Assembly: GCA_964106915.2 (NCBI GenBank)
Contig: OZ066921.1
Source of the DNA: Podarcis gaigeae
Lineage: Eukaryota
Direction: 5' to 3' (one strand)
Length of the DNA stretch: 64,000 nucleotides
Of this stretch, positions 60,400 through 64,000 are shown in pieces. Every line of letters starts with the position of its first letter. Within the stretch, counting starts at the first letter, position 1. Made by a program: the position numbers and the translations under genes. Below the pieces are notes generated by a model, which was given only the letters and a program-made list of their open reading frames with translations, did no database searches and had not been told where the DNA came from.

Positions 60400-61500
60400 A
60401 CGACCCGGCCGGACGCATGTCGTGAGCACAGCCGCAGCGGTGACTAGGCAGGCGTCTGACGTCATCACTACCTGCCACGGCGCAGTCTCACCGCTAATCG
60501 TGTGACACCGCTACAGATACTTCCGCGGAGGAAACGAGTTCTGGGGCCAGTTACCGCGGTTCCAAGCGCCGAGCATTCTGTCTGGCCACGAAACGCGCCG
60601 GCCGGCGGCGACGGAGGACGCAGCAACGTTAATGGATGCAGCAGGCTATCGCCGCGCCGTGCTCTGAGAGAGGGCAGTCAGTGAGTCCCGGTCTCCAGAT
60701 TCCTCCGCCTGCGGTATCGGTGCTGAGGCCGCGCCGCCGCCATTTTGGATGCCAGGCTCTAGCTACTGCCGCCGCCGCCTTCGCCGTAGGGATCCGGCCC
60801 GGTGAGTGCCGCGCGGGGAGAGAGGAGGGGCGCTGCCAGGCAGGGTAGGTGCTGCTGCTGCTTCTACTTTGGCGGTAGGATCGTGGGCTCGCCGCCGCTG
60901 CCCGGGGCAAGGCCCAGCCGCCGCCGCCTCCCGCCCCGCCTCCCGGGACTGACTGAGCCTTTGCCGCCGAGGGCCTGGCCGCTTTCCGGTCGGTGGGTGG
61001 GTCGGCTGGCTAAGGGGAGAGGCGCCGGTTCCTAGCGCAAGAAGGGAGCGCGCTGCCGTGTTCCGCGAGGGTTGCTGCCGTCTGACTTGCCAGCTGGCTC
61101 GTGAGGCCTGGCGGGGCTGCACCTCCCGGGCAAGAGGTGGCTGTTCCTTCGTCCGCTTCCCTTCTCCGCGCCGCCGCGTCCCGAGCAAAGACCAGCCTAG
61201 GCGGTGCTCCTTAGCCCATGACTTCCCTCCCGCTATTCGAGGCGTTTTTCTCCTCGCCCGGCCAGTTCTGTCTCTGCTGTCGGCGGAAGTGCCTGTGGCC
61301 TCTTCTGTTATAGACGAGGAGAGTCTTCTCCGCGCGCCGCGCCGGAGTTCACCCGGTATAGCTCGCCCGGGCTTCCGACGATCGGATCGGCTCCTATCCG
61401 AGGCCTGAGACTCGACTCGCCCCTTGACAGGCTTTGTGAGCAAGGGGCTTAGGAACACCTCGTCGGGGAAAGAGACGTGAGAGTCACTCCCGATTACGGC
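60400..61500 (+). promoter_or_regulatory. CpG island and non-coding exon 1 (donor after 60801) of the next gene, probably AP1G1 by synteny
   Basis: Full CRE TGACGTCA 60457-60464, YY1 motif GCCGCCATTTT 60736-60746, strong donor CCG|GTGAGT. No coding exon in the window, so identity rests only on conserved gene order. Confidence 0.6.
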
Positions 61501-64000
61501 AGGGTCGACACTAGGAAAAGGCTCAAGGCTGTTGGATGTGGATTCCGACGCTTTGCAAAGAATGTCTGTTCAGTGAGCGCTGGGGAAAGGGCCAAGACCA
61601 GGAGTGGGTGCGGGGAAGCGAGAGGGCAGTCCAGCCAGCTGGCTCACCTGTCAACTTGACCTGAAGAAGCCATTGCAGTTCCTTTTCTTGCCCTCCTGTC
61701 GAGAGGGAAATTTTTAAAAATTATTATTTAACAAAAGTTTTATTCCATTTGATTGTAAGAATTTCTAAGGGTCTTACAAATGAGATAAGCTGCTTTCTTA
61801 CTGAGGTTAATGATTGTGAATGAGTTATCTAGCAATACTCTTGTAGATGAGTAACATTTGGAAGAGGGTTACTCAACATCTGCAGACCTTCTGAAACTTA
61901 ACTTTATTTTAATATGGATATTCCTACCCATATCCTTAGTTGCTGCAGCTTGATTGCCCAGTTTTCTTTCCCCTAGCCTGGAACTCCTTGCAAGAAACCC
62001 TTTGTGACACCCTATATCTCTTTCTCTTCTCCTCTTCAAATACTTCCTCAAAACACATTTTCACTTTGAAGCCTGTTGTTTAATGCCTTTGGTTTCACCT
62101 TCATTGTTGCAACATGGAGTATTTGCTCACATTTCTCCTTCATCTGCCATTTAAAATTTAGAAATTGTAAGCTTATATTGATGTGATTCTCTGCAAAGCA
62201 TCATGTGGAATGATGGTGCTACCTTATAACTAATGATTAACAGAACCTGTCTGACAGAGGGCCTCTTTTTTATAAAATGTCTAACTAGTGTATGCTGAAA
62301 ATCCTCTGTTTCTCTTGAAAGAAATTGTGACGATTGGGCAGAATTGTTACATTGACTAAGTTTGGTGTAGTTCAAAGATAAATCATGAGATGTAAGATTT
62401 GCTTTTAGATAGTATTGCAGCTAGAGTATGCTTGTCTTTTGTCTGAATACAGTGGTCTTAACTTTTGTTGAATTTCTGTTGGCTATGGGCAAGTGTCCAA
62501 AATTAGCCAGGTGCATTTTGAACCTGACTGTTGACCACTCGCAACCAAGTGAAGATGCCCTGATGCTAGGATGGCGCCTGGCATACCCACCATCTGGAGA
62601 TGTATGCCTGGGGATCATTGGCTCTTGGCTGTTTTCACACATTAATACCACACCCTGTAGAATTCTATGAGTTATATTTTATCTGCACAATCAGAATGAA
62701 TTTCTGGAACCAAAATGCTTTTTCTGTGCAGCCTGAGCAGGAGCAACGTTAGTTAATTATTGTAGTTTGTCTTCACTTACCCCACCCCACTGACCTTGTC
62801 ACAGTTGTGAAGAACATTCCTATGTTCTGAATGGTCAGTGTCACCATTCAGAAAAAGACGTAGGAATAGGCCAGTATTTATGTAGACTGTCCCTGCATCA
62901 AGTGACTTTTCTTCTTTAAGTTCTCAAAGTTCTTAACCTAGTTCAAGGTAGTCATCTGAACTACCCAAGTGTTTCACTGATAATCACAATTAGTCTGCCA
63001 TTTGAAAAATAAGACTTTAGAGCCATCTTACCTTCAAATGGCAACTAGATATTCTGTTTTGGTGACTGTAACCTTGGTTTAAGGAACCCTTTGGCACCTA
63101 ACTTACATATCATAGTTTCTAACACTGCTGTGAGCTTATTCTGGATGTTTTTGTATTGGTAGTACACTTTCTTTCCAGCAGTATGGTTGCACTGTCACTG
63201 TTTTTGTTAACAATGTCTGGCTGTTAATTCAGGGTGTACCTGCATTGAGGTGGTGAATTGTGTTCTGTGTCTCTCCTCCCAAACATAGTTAATAAACTTT
63301 ACTTTGTGTGTTGGCTTGCATGTTGACCATCTTATGGCATAGTTGGATTTTAGGAGTAGTTGCAAGTATTTTTGAACCAAAGACCTGTTTTTTATTGTTT
63401 CCTCAGGTTGGGCATCTTCTGAGAGTTTTTTTGGGACCTGCAGTCAGAAACTGTTTGTAATCTGAACAGTGCTGTCTTGAGACCTCTTGCTGCCTGAGGT
63501 AGATCTCAAATTTCTGTTCTGTAGGGCTAACCCTGTACCATTCAAACAGCAGTACAGCCTCCCTCTAGCTTTGGCCACCCCCATTATGCTGTCTGAAGTG
63601 CGCTGCTTCATCCTGCTATGTATTCAGGGCCCACCCTCATTGTGAAAGTTCCGTTAAGAGTGTTGCTACTTTGAAAGAGTTCTTATATTTGGTTTATCTT
63701 GTGACTCATACCTTGGAGTACCTGAAGAGAGGTGGGGTCAACTTTTGTATTGCAAGATGAGCTTTAGGACAGCCTTGCATGTAACAACTCACCTGGTAGT
63801 CATAGGCAACCAGAAATTCCATCCTGGTGAGTGAATGCCATATTAGACAGATAGCTATCAGAGCATTTCTTACTAAACATCTGTTTACCAGAGATTATTT
63901 TAAAAATGCCATCGACTTAATAAAGGCACTTGTGGTATGTTGGCTACTCTGGAAGGTTGTGATTAACTAAGAAGCTCTTCCAAAGCGTCTTAGTAGAAGT

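Overview
Eukaryotic (vertebrate) genomic DNA, almost certainly a squamate reptile and probably a lacertid lizard, judged from the Sauria-type SINE and squamate-type MITE/Penelope repeats. The window matches the conserved amniote block PKD1L3(+) - IST1(-) - ZNF821(+) - ATXN1L(-) - probable AP1G1 promoter(+). The main surprise is an extra, apparently intact 22-exon polycystin-1-family gene at 9275-20053 (~1102 aa), in tandem directly upstream of full-length PKD1L3 (22412-39003, 31 exons, ~1771 aa). It encodes a signal peptide, C-type lectin, GAIN/GPS, TM1, a degenerate PLAT domain and TM2-5, then stops, lacking the whole TOP/channel half. Its sequence looks closer to PKD1L2 than to its neighbour. 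Also present: two Penelope-type minimal hammerhead ribozyme motifs in IST1 introns, non-canonical splice sites (two GC donors, one GAG acceptor), several MITEs, SINEs and solo LTRs, and possible terminal exons of an unidentified minus-strand gene at the left edge. All exon structures were assembled by hand from splice signals and reading frame; homolog comparisons are from memory, not database searches.
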